Positions 1-9,166 of a stretch of 64,000 nt of DNA are shown here, piece by piece (the first letter of the stretch is position 1; every line of letters starts with the position of its first letter). A program made the position numbers and the translations under genes. The stretch is taken from the NCBI GenBank assembly GCA_965219455.1, contig OZ244744.1, forward strand, positions 3,040,001-3,104,000. Reading direction: 5' to 3'. The DNA comes from Candidatus Latescibacterota bacterium (GTDB taxonomy: Bacteria > Latescibacterota > UBA2968 > GCA-2709665). The notes beneath the pieces were generated by a model. The model was not told where the DNA came from. It saw only the letters and a program-made list of their open reading frames with translations, and did not search any database.

Positions 1-1
1 G

Positions 2-364
2 TCTAGCACCGAGGTGAACCGAGCGCGCAAGACGATAGATGGCGCGCGAGCCGAAGCAGTCGCGGCGCTTCGCGGCGCACGGTACTTCGTGCAGCAGGCC
101 GACTGGCTACAGGAACGGTTTCCCGATGCCGAACTACAGGACGTGGAAGGGCTGGTAAAGCGGGTCGATCGTAACGAGATCGAGACACACGACTGGAGCC
201 TCACACCCGGCCGCTATGTCGGCGTAGCGCCCGAAGAGGAGGACGAGGATTTCAACTTCGAAGAGGCGTTGCGGTCGATCCACACCGGTCTGCAGGAACT
301 CAATGATGAGGCGGCACAACTGGCGGCGCGAATCGCCCGGAACTTCGAGGAGCTGGGGGCGTGA
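2..364 (+). CDS. hsdM: Type I R-M methyltransferase subunit, C-terminal part (5'-truncated by the window)
   Basis: C-terminal HsdM signature 'EIETHDWSLTPGRYVG...EEDEDFNFEEAL'; stop overlaps the hsdS start (GTGA); frame is open to the window edge. Confidence 0.9.
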   Translation, partial: SSTEVNRARKTIDGARAEAVAALRGARYFVQQADWLQERFPDAELQDVEGLVKRVDRNEIETHDWSLTPGRYVGVAPEEEDEDFNFEEALRSIHTGLQELNDEAAQLAARIARNFEELGA

Positions 365-1518
365 CGACCTATCTTGGCTCAAAGCATTGGAAGCCAGCGG
401 TTTTGCAGGACCTCGTGTTCCTTCAGCGTGGATTCGATATCACCAAGGCACAACAGAAGATAGGACATGTACCCGTTTTTTCTTCTAGCGGACTGAGTAG
501 TTGGCATAATGAGGCTCGGGCACAGGGGCCGGGCGTCATCATCGGTAGAAAGGGAACTCTTGGTTCAGTGCACTATTCCGAAGGTGATTACTGGCCGCAC
601 GACACAACGCTTTGGAGCAAGTCGCTCCGGGGAAACAGTGCGCGCTACGTCTACTATGCATTAAGATGCCTTGGGCTTGAGTGTTTCAACGTTGGTGGAG
701 CGAACCCAACACTGAATAGGAACCATATCCATAATCTGCCCATCTACATTCCAGAAAGAAGCGTCCAAGATGACATAGTCTCAATTCTCTCCACCTATGA
801 CGACCTGATCAATAACAATCGTCGCCGGATTGCTATGTTGGAAGAGGCTACTCGGCTGCTCTACCGTGAGTGGTTCGTCCACTTTCGCTTTCCCGGCCAC
901 GAAAATGTAAGGATCGTTGACGGTATTCCAGAGGGATGGGAAAAGCGATATCTTGGAAACATTGTTTCTACACAATATGGCTACACAACATCGGCGTCGG
1001 ACGAAAGTGTCGGTCCTAAGTTCCTACGCGGAACCGACATAAATAAACGCTCGTTTATCGATTGGGCAAGTGTTCCTTACTGTTCAGAGCAAGGGCTCGA
1101 TATTGACAAGTACGCTCTCGAACCTAGTGACATTCTCGTGATTAGGATGGCTGACCCCGGAAAGACCGCTATTGTTGAAAAGAGAGTCCGCGCCATATTT
1201 GCTTCATATTTGGTGCGACTTAAGATCTTGAATCCCTGTGACGTCCCGCCTCTTTACATGTTCATGACGCTGCAGGATAATCGTTATCAAAGCTTCATCG
1301 GGGCTTCAAGCGGGGGCTCTACTAGGAAGAGCGCAAGTGCAAAGTTGTTGACTGATTACCATTTTTTGATGCCGTCAAAGACCCTGCTGCAGCTCTTCGT
1401 CGAGCATATCTCGCCTATGCGTAAGATGATTACGAAGCTTGTTGACCAATCCGCAACGGCCGCTGAGGCACGGGACCTCCTCTTGCCGCGCCTGATGAAC
1501 GGGGAGATTACGGTTTGA
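361..1518 (+). CDS. hsdS: Type I R-M specificity subunit
   Basis: Two TRDs separated by the conserved 'YDDLINNNRRRIAMLEE...LYREWFVHFRFPG...IPEGW' spacer; ends 'RDLLLPRLMNGEI'; lower GC than its neighbours. Confidence 0.95.
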   Translation: MTTYLGSKHWKPAVLQDLVFLQRGFDITKAQQKIGHVPVFSSSGLSSWHNEARAQGPGVIIGRKGTLGSVHYSEGDYWPHDTTLWSKSLRGNSARYVYYALRCLGLECFNVGGANPTLNRNHIHNLPIYIPERSVQDDIVSILSTYDDLINNNRRRIAMLEEATRLLYREWFVHFRFPGHENVRIVDGIPEGWEKRYLGNIVSTQYGYTTSASDESVGPKFLRGTDINKRSFIDWASVPYCSEQGLDIDKYALEPSDILVIRMADPGKTAIVEKRVRAIFASYLVRLKILNPCDVPPLYMFMTLQDNRYQSFIGASSGGSTRKSASAKLLTDYHFLMPSKTLLQLFVEHISPMRKMITKLVDQSATAAEARDLLLPRLMNGEITV

Positions 1519-2321
1519 ACGAGGATGTCTGGAAAGAATACAAGAACCAGGATTCTTCACAGCTCGAGGTGAGCAATCGCGATCTAGCAATGTATGTGAT
1601 CGGTGAGCGCGATCTCGAAGCACAATTGCTCGCGATCACGAGTTTGCTTTGCCGGAACCAACAGGAGGATGAGGCTCTCGCAGCGAAGATCAAGCAGCTG
1701 GATGAAGATGTCCGCGCATACGCACGTGGGAATGCAATGTACCAGATGTATCTTGAAGATCGGTGGGGAGATGCACTGCATCACAGTGTTTTTCAAGATG
1801 CGGCCCACAGTATGGCGGCCGTGGGCATGTTGGCGCCGTTCGTTGAATCGCTTTTCGCCTCTATCTTCAGTGGTCTGCGGAGAGAATACAAACTAGCCAG
1901 CAACAATACCTCACCTGATGATCCCAGGATTGCTGCCTCCCAAAATGAATTCTGGGACCCTCGTTTTGTATTCAACCGTGGAGGGCGCAGTCGCGGTATT
2001 GTTGCCGGTATCGAGCAACTCGCGCGTACAACCGGGCTGTCGGAATATTTACCCTCTGGTTACGTCAAAATGCTGTCGGCACTATTTAAATATCGTCACA
2101 AGATGTTTCACCTTGGTTTCGAGTGGCCACGCGAAGAGCGGATCAAGTTTGACAATCACGTCCGGTCTGGGAAATGGCCTGCTGAGTGGTTTCGGAAGGC
2201 GACAAGAGACGACAAACCCTGGATTTTCTACATGAGCGACGAATTAATTACACACTGCCTTAAAACAATCGATGAAGTACTTGAAGGCGTGGGTGCGTAT
2301 TTTCGGGAACGACAGGATTGA
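1515..2321 (+). CDS. Hypothetical protein with a HEPN-like R-H-x3-H motif, inserted between hsdS and hsdR
   Basis: 268-aa ORF; TTG start overlaps the hsdS stop with GGGGAG at 1501; contains 'PFVESLF' and 'KYRHKMFHLG'. Confidence 0.75.
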   Translation: MNEDVWKEYKNQDSSQLEVSNRDLAMYVIGERDLEAQLLAITSLLCRNQQEDEALAAKIKQLDEDVRAYARGNAMYQMYLEDRWGDALHHSVFQDAAHSMAAVGMLAPFVESLFASIFSGLRREYKLASNNTSPDDPRIAASQNEFWDPRFVFNRGGRSRGIVAGIEQLARTTGLSEYLPSGYVKMLSALFKYRHKMFHLGFEWPREERIKFDNHVRSGKWPAEWFRKATRDDKPWIFYMSDELITHCLKTIDEVLEGVGAYFRERQD

Positions 2322-2348
2322 CGTAAAAGGCACATGTGGGGCACTGGT

Positions 2349-5300
2349 ATGGCCGTAACGGGAATCAACAGTGAGGACAGGTTAGTCCAAGCGACGTTTG
2401 CCGGGTATCTGAAACGGCGGCTGGGCTGGGATAGCATTTATGCCTGGAACGAGGAGACTTTCGGACACGAAGGTACCCTTGGCCGTGCCGATACCAAAGA
2501 AGCGGTGCTCATCCGCGACCTGCGCGCGTCACTGGAACGTCTGAACCCCGCCCTTCCGCCCTCCGCCATCGACGATGCCATCCGCGACCTGACAGTTTAC
2601 GACGCCAGCCGCTCGATGTTGCAGCACAACCAAGATTTCTATCGGCTTATTCGTAGCGGGGTACATGTGAATTACAGGGACGCGCACGGGCACCCGAAAT
2701 CTGCCCGCGCCCGGGTGATCGATTTCGACAACAAACCCGGCTCGAACCGCTTTCTTGCCGTGCGCGAACTGAAGCTCACCGGCATCCGTACGCCTAATTA
2801 CAACCGCCGCGCCGATCTGGTCTGTTTCATTAACGGCCTCCCCCTGGTATTCATCGAACTGAAGGCGGTCTACAAAAACATCCGGGAGGGCTTCGACAAC
2901 AACCTCACAGACTACATGGACGAGAACGTCATAGCCCATGCCTTCCACCACAACACCTTCTTGATCGTGTCGAACGGCGACCGCGCACGGTACGGTTCGA
3001 TCACCAGCCAATGGGAGCATTTTGCCGAGTGGAAGCGGCTCGACGAGGGCGACAAGGGCAGCCTGGAAGCCGAGTTACTGCTGAACGGCATGCTGGCGCA
3101 AGGTCGGTTGTTGGACATCGTTGAGAATTTCATTCTGTTCGACGTGAGCAAGCCCGGCGCCACGAGGAAGGTGATCGCGCGAAACCATCAGGTACTGGGC
3201 GTCAACCGGGCGGTCGCGTCCGTGTCGCGTCAGGAAAACCTGAAACGCAAGTTCCCACCCGAACAGCGCGTGACGTATAGAGTCATGGAATTGCCGCTGG
3301 AATACCGTGAGCCGCGTCAGTACTCTCCGTCCTCAAGGATGGTCGCCGAGGCGAGGTCACCCTACATCCCAAAGGGACCGGTCGACATTATTGAGCGGGC
3401 GGATCCCGAATTGGGCCGCCTTGGGGTATTCTGGCACACACAGGGAAGCGGCAAGTCCTATTCCATGGCGTTCTTCTCCGAAAAAGTGCGTCGGAAAGTG
3501 GAGGGTAATTTCACGTTTCTGCTGATGACCGACCGAAACGACCTCGACGGTCAGATTTACACCACTTTCGTCGGTTGTGGTATCGCCGACGACAACACAC
3601 CGCGAGCCGCGTCCGGAGACCATTTGGAAAGGCTGTTAAAGGAGAATCACCGCTACGTCTTCAGTCTGATCCACAAATTCAACAAGGATGTGGACCCGAA
3701 ACAACCCTACAGCGTACGCGACGACATCATCGTGATTTCGGACGAGGCACATCGCACTCAGGCGGGGCGGCTGGCGCGAAATATGCACCTTGCACTGCCG
3801 AACGCCTCCTTCATCGGCTTCACCGGAACGCCACTCTTCAAGCAGGACGAAATCACCAAACGCATCTTCGGCAATTATGTCTCCCGTTACGATTTCAAGC
3901 GGTCCGAGGAGGACGGGGCGACAGTCAAGCTGATCTACGAGAACCGGGGAGAAAAGTTGGGTGTGGCGCGGACGGATCTTAACGACCTTATCGCGGCCAA
4001 GATCGAGCAGGCCGAGTTCGATCCTGACCAGGAAGCGTTGCTCGAGAAACTGCTCGGTCAGGACTACGAGGTCATCACTGCAGATGAACGGCTTGACAAG
4101 ATTGCGGCCGATTTCGTGGATCACTGCGCGGTCCGGTGGGAAGCGGGAAAGTCGATGCTGGTCTGCATCGACAAAATCACGTGTGCCCGCATGCTTCAGT
4201 TGATCGTTCCGCGATGGCAGGATAAGGCGGCACAGGTCCGGTCCGCCGCCGATGGGAAAAGCGCCCAAGCGAAAGCCACAAGCGACGAGATCAGCCGCGC
4301 CGCGCTTGACGAGGAGGCGCATCGGCTGGCAGCTCAAGCGATCTGGCTCGAGAATACAATCATTGAGATCATCATCAGCGAGGCGCAGAACGAGGTCAAA
4401 GACTTCGCGAAATGGGACTTCAATATCATCCCTCACCGCGCCCGTATGAAACAGGGTTTCGAGACCGCCGACGGGCAGCGGGTGGATGTAGAAACCGCGT
4501 TCAAGGACCCGGAGCATCCCTTCCGCGTCGCCATCGTCTGCGCGATGTGGATGACAGGGTTTGATGTCGAGTGCCTTTCGACGCTCTACATCGATAAGCC
4601 GATGAAGGCGCACACGCTGATGCAGGCGATCGCGCGTGCGAACCGGGTGTACCCCAGAAAGGATTTCGGCCTGATCGTGGACTACAATGGCATGCTGAAG
4701 AGTCTGCGGGAGGCGCTGGCGCAGTATGCGCTGGGCGATGACGGGACCGGTGAAGCGGAGGTCGTCGCACCGATCGAGGAGCGTGTGCAGGCGTTGATCG
4801 AGGCAATCGAGGCGACGGAGGCGCATTTGCGCGGGCTCGGCTTCGACCCTGCCACGCTCGTCGGATCAAGCGGTTTCGAGCGCATAACGGGGCTGAAAGA
4901 TGCGGTCGAGGCCGTCTATTCCAGCGACGAGGCCAAGCGCCGATTCGAGATTCTCGCCCGACAGGTGTTCATCCGCTTCAAGGCATTGCTAATGGAGCCG
5001 TCTGCCTATCCCTTTGCCGAGCGGCACGACAATATCGAGGCGATCTACAAGAAGCTGACCGAGGCGCGCGATACAGCGGACGTTACAGAACTCCTAAAGG
5101 AGTTGCATCGGATCGTCAACGAGGCAATCCGCACGCAAGCGCCTGGAGATGATCGGGCTGAGGGTCTGACCTTCGACCTCAGCCGGATCGACATGAAAAA
5201 GCTACGCGACGAATTCGCGAAGAACGTCCGACACAAGGCGACGGCGATTCAGGACATCCGAGAGATCATTGAGCAGAAGCTTGCCGAACTGCTGGCACAC

Positions 5301-5765
5301 AACCCTATGCGCATGGATTTTCAGCAGAAGTACGAGGAAATCGTCACCGCCTACAACCGGGAGAAAGACCGCGTCACAATCGAAGAAACCTTCCGTCGTT
5401 TGACGGAACTCATGGAAGAGTTGGATGAGGAGCAGAAGCGCGCAGTCGAGGAAGGACTTACTGAGGACGAACTCGCGTTGTTCGACTTGTTAAAGAAGGA
5501 TAATCTGGCAAGGACCGAACGGGAGCGCGTCAAACAGGCCAGCCGCGAACTGCTGGCGTCCATTAAGGCGCGTCTGTCGAAGCTCGATCGTTTCTGGGAA
5601 AAGGAGCAGACCAAGGCGGATGTCAAGGTGTTCATTCTAGACGAGGTTTTCACCAGCCTGCCAACGCCGCCATTTACCGTCGAGGAGAAGAACGCAGCCG
5701 CGGAAGAGATCTATGCACATGTCTGGCAGCAGGCCATCAGCGGAGAATTCGGGAGAGCGGCGTGA
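2349..5765 (+). CDS. hsdR: Type I R-M restriction subunit
   Basis: Nuclease motif 'RRADLVCFINGLPLVFIELK'; helicase motifs 'WHTQGSGKS', 'DEAHR', 'GFTGTP', 'TGFD', 'QAIARANR'. Start 2349 preferred over 2334. Confidence 0.96.
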   Translation: MAVTGINSEDRLVQATFAGYLKRRLGWDSIYAWNEETFGHEGTLGRADTKEAVLIRDLRASLERLNPALPPSAIDDAIRDLTVYDASRSMLQHNQDFYRLIRSGVHVNYRDAHGHPKSARARVIDFDNKPGSNRFLAVRELKLTGIRTPNYNRRADLVCFINGLPLVFIELKAVYKNIREGFDNNLTDYMDENVIAHAFHHNTFLIVSNGDRARYGSITSQWEHFAEWKRLDEGDKGSLEAELLLNGMLAQGRLLDIVENFILFDVSKPGATRKVIARNHQVLGVNRAVASVSRQENLKRKFPPEQRVTYRVMELPLEYREPRQYSPSSRMVAEARSPYIPKGPVDIIERADPELGRLGVFWHTQGSGKSYSMAFFSEKVRRKVEGNFTFLLMTDRNDLDGQIYTTFVGCGIADDNTPRAASGDHLERLLKENHRYVFSLIHKFNKDVDPKQPYSVRDDIIVISDEAHRTQAGRLARNMHLALPNASFIGFTGTPLFKQDEITKRIFGNYVSRYDFKRSEEDGATVKLIYENRGEKLGVARTDLNDLIAAKIEQAEFDPDQEALLEKLLGQDYEVITADERLDKIAADFVDHCAVRWEAGKSMLVCIDKITCARMLQLIVPRWQDKAAQVRSAADGKSAQAKATSDEISRAALDEEAHRLAAQAIWLENTIIEIIISEAQNEVKDFAKWDFNIIPHRARMKQGFETADGQRVDVETAFKDPEHPFRVAIVCAMWMTGFDVECLSTLYIDKPMKAHTLMQAIARANRVYPRKDFGLIVDYNGMLKSLREALAQYALGDDGTGEAEVVAPIEERVQALIEAIEATEAHLRGLGFDPATLVGSSGFERITGLKDAVEAVYSSDEAKRRFEILARQVFIRFKALLMEPSAYPFAERHDNIEAIYKKLTEARDTADVTELLKELHRIVNEAIRTQAPGDDRAEGLTFDLSRIDMKKLRDEFAKNVRHKATAIQDIREIIEQKLAELLAHNPMRMDFQQKYEEIVTAYNREKDRVTIEETFRRLTELMEELDEEQKRAVEEGLTEDELALFDLLKKDNLARTERERVKQASRELLASIKARLSKLDRFWEKEQTKADVKVFILDEVFTSLPTPPFTVEEKNAAAEEIYAHVWQQAISGEFGRAA

Positions 5766-6727
5766 TGGGCCGGGTGCCTGACCGCGACGCGGCGGGGGCT
5801 CTGGACCGCGCGAAGGGGGCGCTGGTCGGGCTCGCGCTGGGCGACGCGCTCGGCACGACGCTCGAATTCGCCGGGAGGGACACAAGGCCGCCGGTTACCG
5901 ACCTGGTGGGTGGAGGCCCGTTCGGCCTCGCCGCAGGGGAGTGGACCGACGATACGAGCATGGCCCTCTGCCTCGCGGAGTCGTTGCTTGAACGGGGCGG
6001 GCTCGACGTGAAGGACCTGATGGTACGGTTCCTCCGGTGGCGCGAGGAAGGGCATAACTCGGTCACCGGCGTGTGTTTCGATATCGGCAATGCCACCGCC
6101 GGCGCGCTCCGATCTTTTCGGGAAACCGGGGATCCGTTGAGCGGCAGCACCGATCCGCGCAGCGCCGGCAACGGTTCGCTCATGCGGCTCTCGCCGGTGG
6201 CGATCCGCTGGTGGCGCGACCGGGCGAGGGCAACGGCGGCCGCCCGCTTGCAGAGCCGAACCACGCACGGCGCCGCGCAGGCCGTGGAGGCCTGTGCGCT
6301 CTATGCCGAACTGCTGGTCGAGGCGATCGCCGGGGCGCCGAAGGAGACTGTCCTGCGCGCCAGAGACTGGAGCGGCGACGCCCAGATCGCCCGGGTGGCC
6401 GCGGGGTCGTGGCGCGCCAGGGAGCGCGACGCCATTGCGTCGTCGGGATACGTACTGCACACGTTCGAAGCGGCGCTGTGGTGCGTGGACAGATCGGAAT
6501 CCGTTGAGGACGCCCTGATTCTGGCCGCCAATCTTGCCGATGACGCCGATACGGTGGCCGCCGTCACCGGTCAGCTTGCGGGCGCGCTGTGGGGCGTGTC
6601 GGGCGCTCCCGCCGCGTGGCTCGACAAACTGGCGTGGCGCGGGCGCCTGGAAGCGCTCGCCGCCGGCCTGTTCGACGCCGCCAACAGCGAGCGGAGCGGC
6701 CCGGTGGGTGAGAAACTATCCCATTAG
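5762..6727 (+). CDS. ADP-ribosylglycohydrolase (DraG/ARH family)
   Basis: Motifs GDALG, WTDDT, GNGSLMR and DADT all intact; start overlaps the hsdR stop. Confidence 0.93.
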   Translation: MMGRVPDRDAAGALDRAKGALVGLALGDALGTTLEFAGRDTRPPVTDLVGGGPFGLAAGEWTDDTSMALCLAESLLERGGLDVKDLMVRFLRWREEGHNSVTGVCFDIGNATAGALRSFRETGDPLSGSTDPRSAGNGSLMRLSPVAIRWWRDRARATAAARLQSRTTHGAAQAVEACALYAELLVEAIAGAPKETVLRARDWSGDAQIARVAAGSWRARERDAIASSGYVLHTFEAALWCVDRSESVEDALILAANLADDADTVAAVTGQLAGALWGVSGAPAAWLDKLAWRGRLEALAAGLFDAANSERSGPVGEKLSH

Positions 6728-7642
6728 GCTTCCATACCGCAACCCCACGGCTTTCTTCACGACCTCCAGGGTTCGCTGGCCCTCGATCCTCGCCTCCGAC
6801 CCACCCAGATGCAGAACATCCCCGACCAGGCTTCGACTGCCTTCCAGCTGTGTCCCTGCGGTCCGAAACGGCTCCTGTTTGGCATCCGACTTGCCTCCCG
6901 CGGCCTGCTCCGAGCTTGCAGGCGGCAGGCTGTGATCCATGTGTGTGGTACCCATCCCCGAGGGTTCCGCATCCGTCCGCGGCGCCCGCGCCGCGCTATT
7001 CGTCCTCGTCCGAATACTCCCGTCGGCATCCGCAAGCCCAACCGTATTTGAGTGACTCATGCGTATTCCGGTATTTCCGCGGGTTCCATTCATCTGTAGG
7101 CTTTGCTCGAACCCGGGCAACGGAAAGACGGTCCCGAATTTGCGATTGAATCGACGTGCTACTTCCCGGCACAGATTCGAGCGCATCCGCTGACCGGGTC
7201 CCGCCGCCACAATCGAAGGCCGGAATAGCAACACGGCGGCCGGTTGAAAGACCGGATAACCGCCAAACCCAGGGATCGGCGAGCGACTCGCTGCATCCCG
7301 CTTCCGCCGTGCTTCCGGATCGCCCGCATGGGCCGGCAGCGGTATCGAATAATGAAGAATCATCGCCAACTCCGCGAGTTGCGGAACCTGCGACTGCAGA
7401 AAACAGACGCTTCGCTCCGGATCGAAACCCGCAGCCAGAAGATCCGTGACCAGTTTTCGAACATTCGATTCCATCTTACGTGGATGTTCCCGATCCATAC
7501 GCAACGCCTGGTAGTCGGCGATCATGAAAAAACAACGTGCTTCCGCCTCTCGACCAATCAAGTCTTTCAGGAATCCGATCAAGTGCCCCAGGATCATTCT
7601 TTCCGTTGGCCGGACACCAGCCAATACAATAGAACGTCTCAT
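6716..7642 (-). CDS. Degenerate tryptophanyl-tRNA synthetase paralogue
   Basis: Colinear with TrpRS (GVRPT..LGH, FFMIAD, LQSQVPQLAEL, REVARRFN) but HIGH=ILGH, QAAD=QPAA, GxD=GPG, KMSKS=RMSHS. Open 308-aa frame with an AAGGAG RBS. Confidence 0.8.
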   Translation of the reverse strand: MRRSIVLAGVRPTERMILGHLIGFLKDLIGREAEARCFFMIADYQALRMDREHPRKMESNVRKLVTDLLAAGFDPERSVCFLQSQVPQLAELAMILHYSIPLPAHAGDPEARRKRDAASRSPIPGFGGYPVFQPAAVLLFRPSIVAAGPGQRMRSNLCREVARRFNRKFGTVFPLPGFEQSLQMNGTRGNTGIRMSHSNTVGLADADGSIRTRTNSAARAPRTDAEPSGMGTTHMDHSLPPASSEQAAGGKSDAKQEPFRTAGTQLEGSRSLVGDVLHLGGSEARIEGQRTLEVVKKAVGLRYGSLMG

Positions 7643-7728
7643 TCTGAATACTCCTTATCTTCAAATTTCTTTTATTGGAAAACGGGTCGGCGCCCCGGGC
7701 GCCGCGTTGGGAAATGCAGTTTGCCATG

Positions 7729-7769
7729 AAAAAAAAAAGCCGCGATCCACCTCCAGGTGAACCGCGGCT
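7729..7769 (-). terminator. Intrinsic terminator of the second Trp attenuator
   Basis: Minus strand AGCCGCGGTTCAC-CTGGAG-GTGGATCGCGGCT, a 13-bp stem, followed by a run of about 10 T. Confidence 0.85.
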
Positions 7770-7857
7770 ATAGCCATACATTCAGGCACAGATCATCCGG
7801 TGGCGGACGCACGGCTCCCGTTGCGCAATACCACCAGCGCCGCATAGAAATTGCCAT
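7768..7857 (-). CDS. Trp leader peptide 2 (MAISMRRWWYCATGAVRPPPDDLCLNVWL); an in-frame ATG at 7902 gives a 44-aa form
   Basis: Tandem TGG TGG at 7836-7831, directly upstream of a terminator that precedes a TrpRS-like gene. Confidence 0.7.
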   Translation of the reverse strand: MAISMRRWWYCATGAVRPPPDDLCLNVWL

Positions 7858-7904
7858 TAATCCATCCAGAATGACGTTCCGCCGTACCATGCGTATCCTC
7901 ATAA

Positions 7905-8975
7905 TTATGGGATCTGTTGCTCCTGTTTCCGCATCCGCTCCCGGCCCTTCCTCGATATGCGGTTCCAGACACCGGTGAGCCCCATCGCTTTTTTCATTGC
8001 CTTCAACGTGTCATCGGCGACCTCTCGAACCCGTAGCGTTCCCTCGTACAGAACCTTCTCCACGTACCCGGGATCCGCTGCGTATCGCGCCCTTCGCTCC
8101 CGAATCGGGTCCAGAAAATCGTTCAGCGCCCGAGTCAGCTTCTCCTTCACCTCCACGTCGCCGACTTTCCCCGTGCGATACCTTGCCTTGAGATCCGCCA
8201 CTTCCTCCCGATTCGGGTTGAATGCGTCGTGGTAGACAAACACCGGATTCCCTTCCACATTGCCGGGGATATCGGCCCGCACCCGGTTGGGATCGGTGAA
8301 CATTCCTCGCACCTTTTTCTTAACCGTCTGTGCATCGTCAGACAGAAATATCGCATTGTCCAGGCTCTTGCTCATTTTGGCCTGGCCATCGGTACCCACA
8401 AGAACCGGGACCTCACCGATCAGGGCGTCCGGAATCGGGAAGACCTCCCCGTAGTAGCTGTTGAACCGCCGGGCAATTTCCCGGGTCACCTCCACGTGCG
8501 CCAGGTTATCCCTTCCCACGGGAACCAGGTGCGCCCGGGGCGTCATAATATCCGCCGCCTGCAAAATAGGGTATCCGACAAGCCCGAACGGGATCGCCTC
8601 GTCGTCCAACCTGGCGGCGCGGGCCATATCCTTGATGCTGGGCAGGCGCGCGACTCGCGGCAGGGTCACCAGCATCTCGAAAAACAGATTCATTTCGTAT
8701 ACCGCATGCACCGCCGACTGCAGGTATATGGTCGATCTGGACGGATCGATGCCCACCGCCAGGTAGTCCAGCAGCATCTCCCGTACGTTCTCCCGCAGGG
8801 CATGGATATGTTCCTTCTGCGGCCGGGTCGTGAGCATGTGCAGGTCCGCAACCAAAAAGAAACATTCGTATTCGTCCTGCAGCCGCACCCGGTTTTTCAA
8901 CGAGCCGACGTAATGTCCCAGGTGCATCCTCCCCGTGGGCCGGTCTCCCGTCAGGATCCGTTTCCGTTCGTCCAT
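7905..8975 (-). CDS. trpS: Tryptophan--tRNA ligase
   Basis: TGDRPTG, HLGH, YPILQAADI and KMSKS intact; GGAGGG RBS before ATG 8975. Confidence 0.97.
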   Translation of the reverse strand: MDERKRILTGDRPTGRMHLGHYVGSLKNRVRLQDEYECFFLVADLHMLTTRPQKEHIHALRENVREMLLDYLAVGIDPSRSTIYLQSAVHAVYEMNLFFEMLVTLPRVARLPSIKDMARAARLDDEAIPFGLVGYPILQAADIMTPRAHLVPVGRDNLAHVEVTREIARRFNSYYGEVFPIPDALIGEVPVLVGTDGQAKMSKSLDNAIFLSDDAQTVKKKVRGMFTDPNRVRADIPGNVEGNPVFVYHDAFNPNREEVADLKARYRTGKVGDVEVKEKLTRALNDFLDPIRERRARYAADPGYVEKVLYEGTLRVREVADDTLKAMKKAMGLTGVWNRISRKGRERMRKQEQQIP

Positions 8976-8988
8976 TGCGATTCCCTCC

Positions 8989-9021
8989 AAAACAAAAATC
9001 CCCGCCGTGGACCGGCAGGGA
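8989..9021 (-). terminator. Intrinsic terminator of the trpS attenuator
   Basis: Minus strand TCCCTGCCG-GTCCA-CGGCGGGGA followed by TTTTTGTTTT, just before the trpS RBS. Confidence 0.85.
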
Positions 9022-9050
9022 CGCTCATCTCTTGACTTTGAATCCTTTGT

Positions 9051-9128
9051 TCAGCACGCAGGCAGCCGGTCGGTACGATGGGTATCGTACCGCCACCAGC
9101 TTCTGGAAATTTCAATGTGCGCAGCCAT
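9051..9128 (-). CDS. Trp leader peptide 1 (MAAHIEISRSWWRYDTHRTDRLPAC)
   Basis: 25-aa ORF with an AAGGA RBS, tandem Trp codons at 9098-9093, and mutually exclusive protector, antiterminator and terminator pairings. Confidence 0.85.
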   Translation of the reverse strand: MAAHIEISRSWWRYDTHRTDRLPAC

Positions 9129-9166
9129 CTCTTTTTCCTTTAGACAGAATTGTGAGGAACCGGTCA

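Noticed and set aside
3636-4826. Long antisense ORFs (also 8975-10285, 16938-18290, 33291-34505, 35182-36333, 42578-43789)
   Set aside because: Shadow frames of high-GC genes on the opposite strand, without motifs or RBS.
8495-8525. GRDN in place of GxDQ in trpS as a sign of altered specificity
   Set aside because: From memory, a GxDN variant occurs in functional Chlamydia-type TrpRS, and all other motifs are intact.
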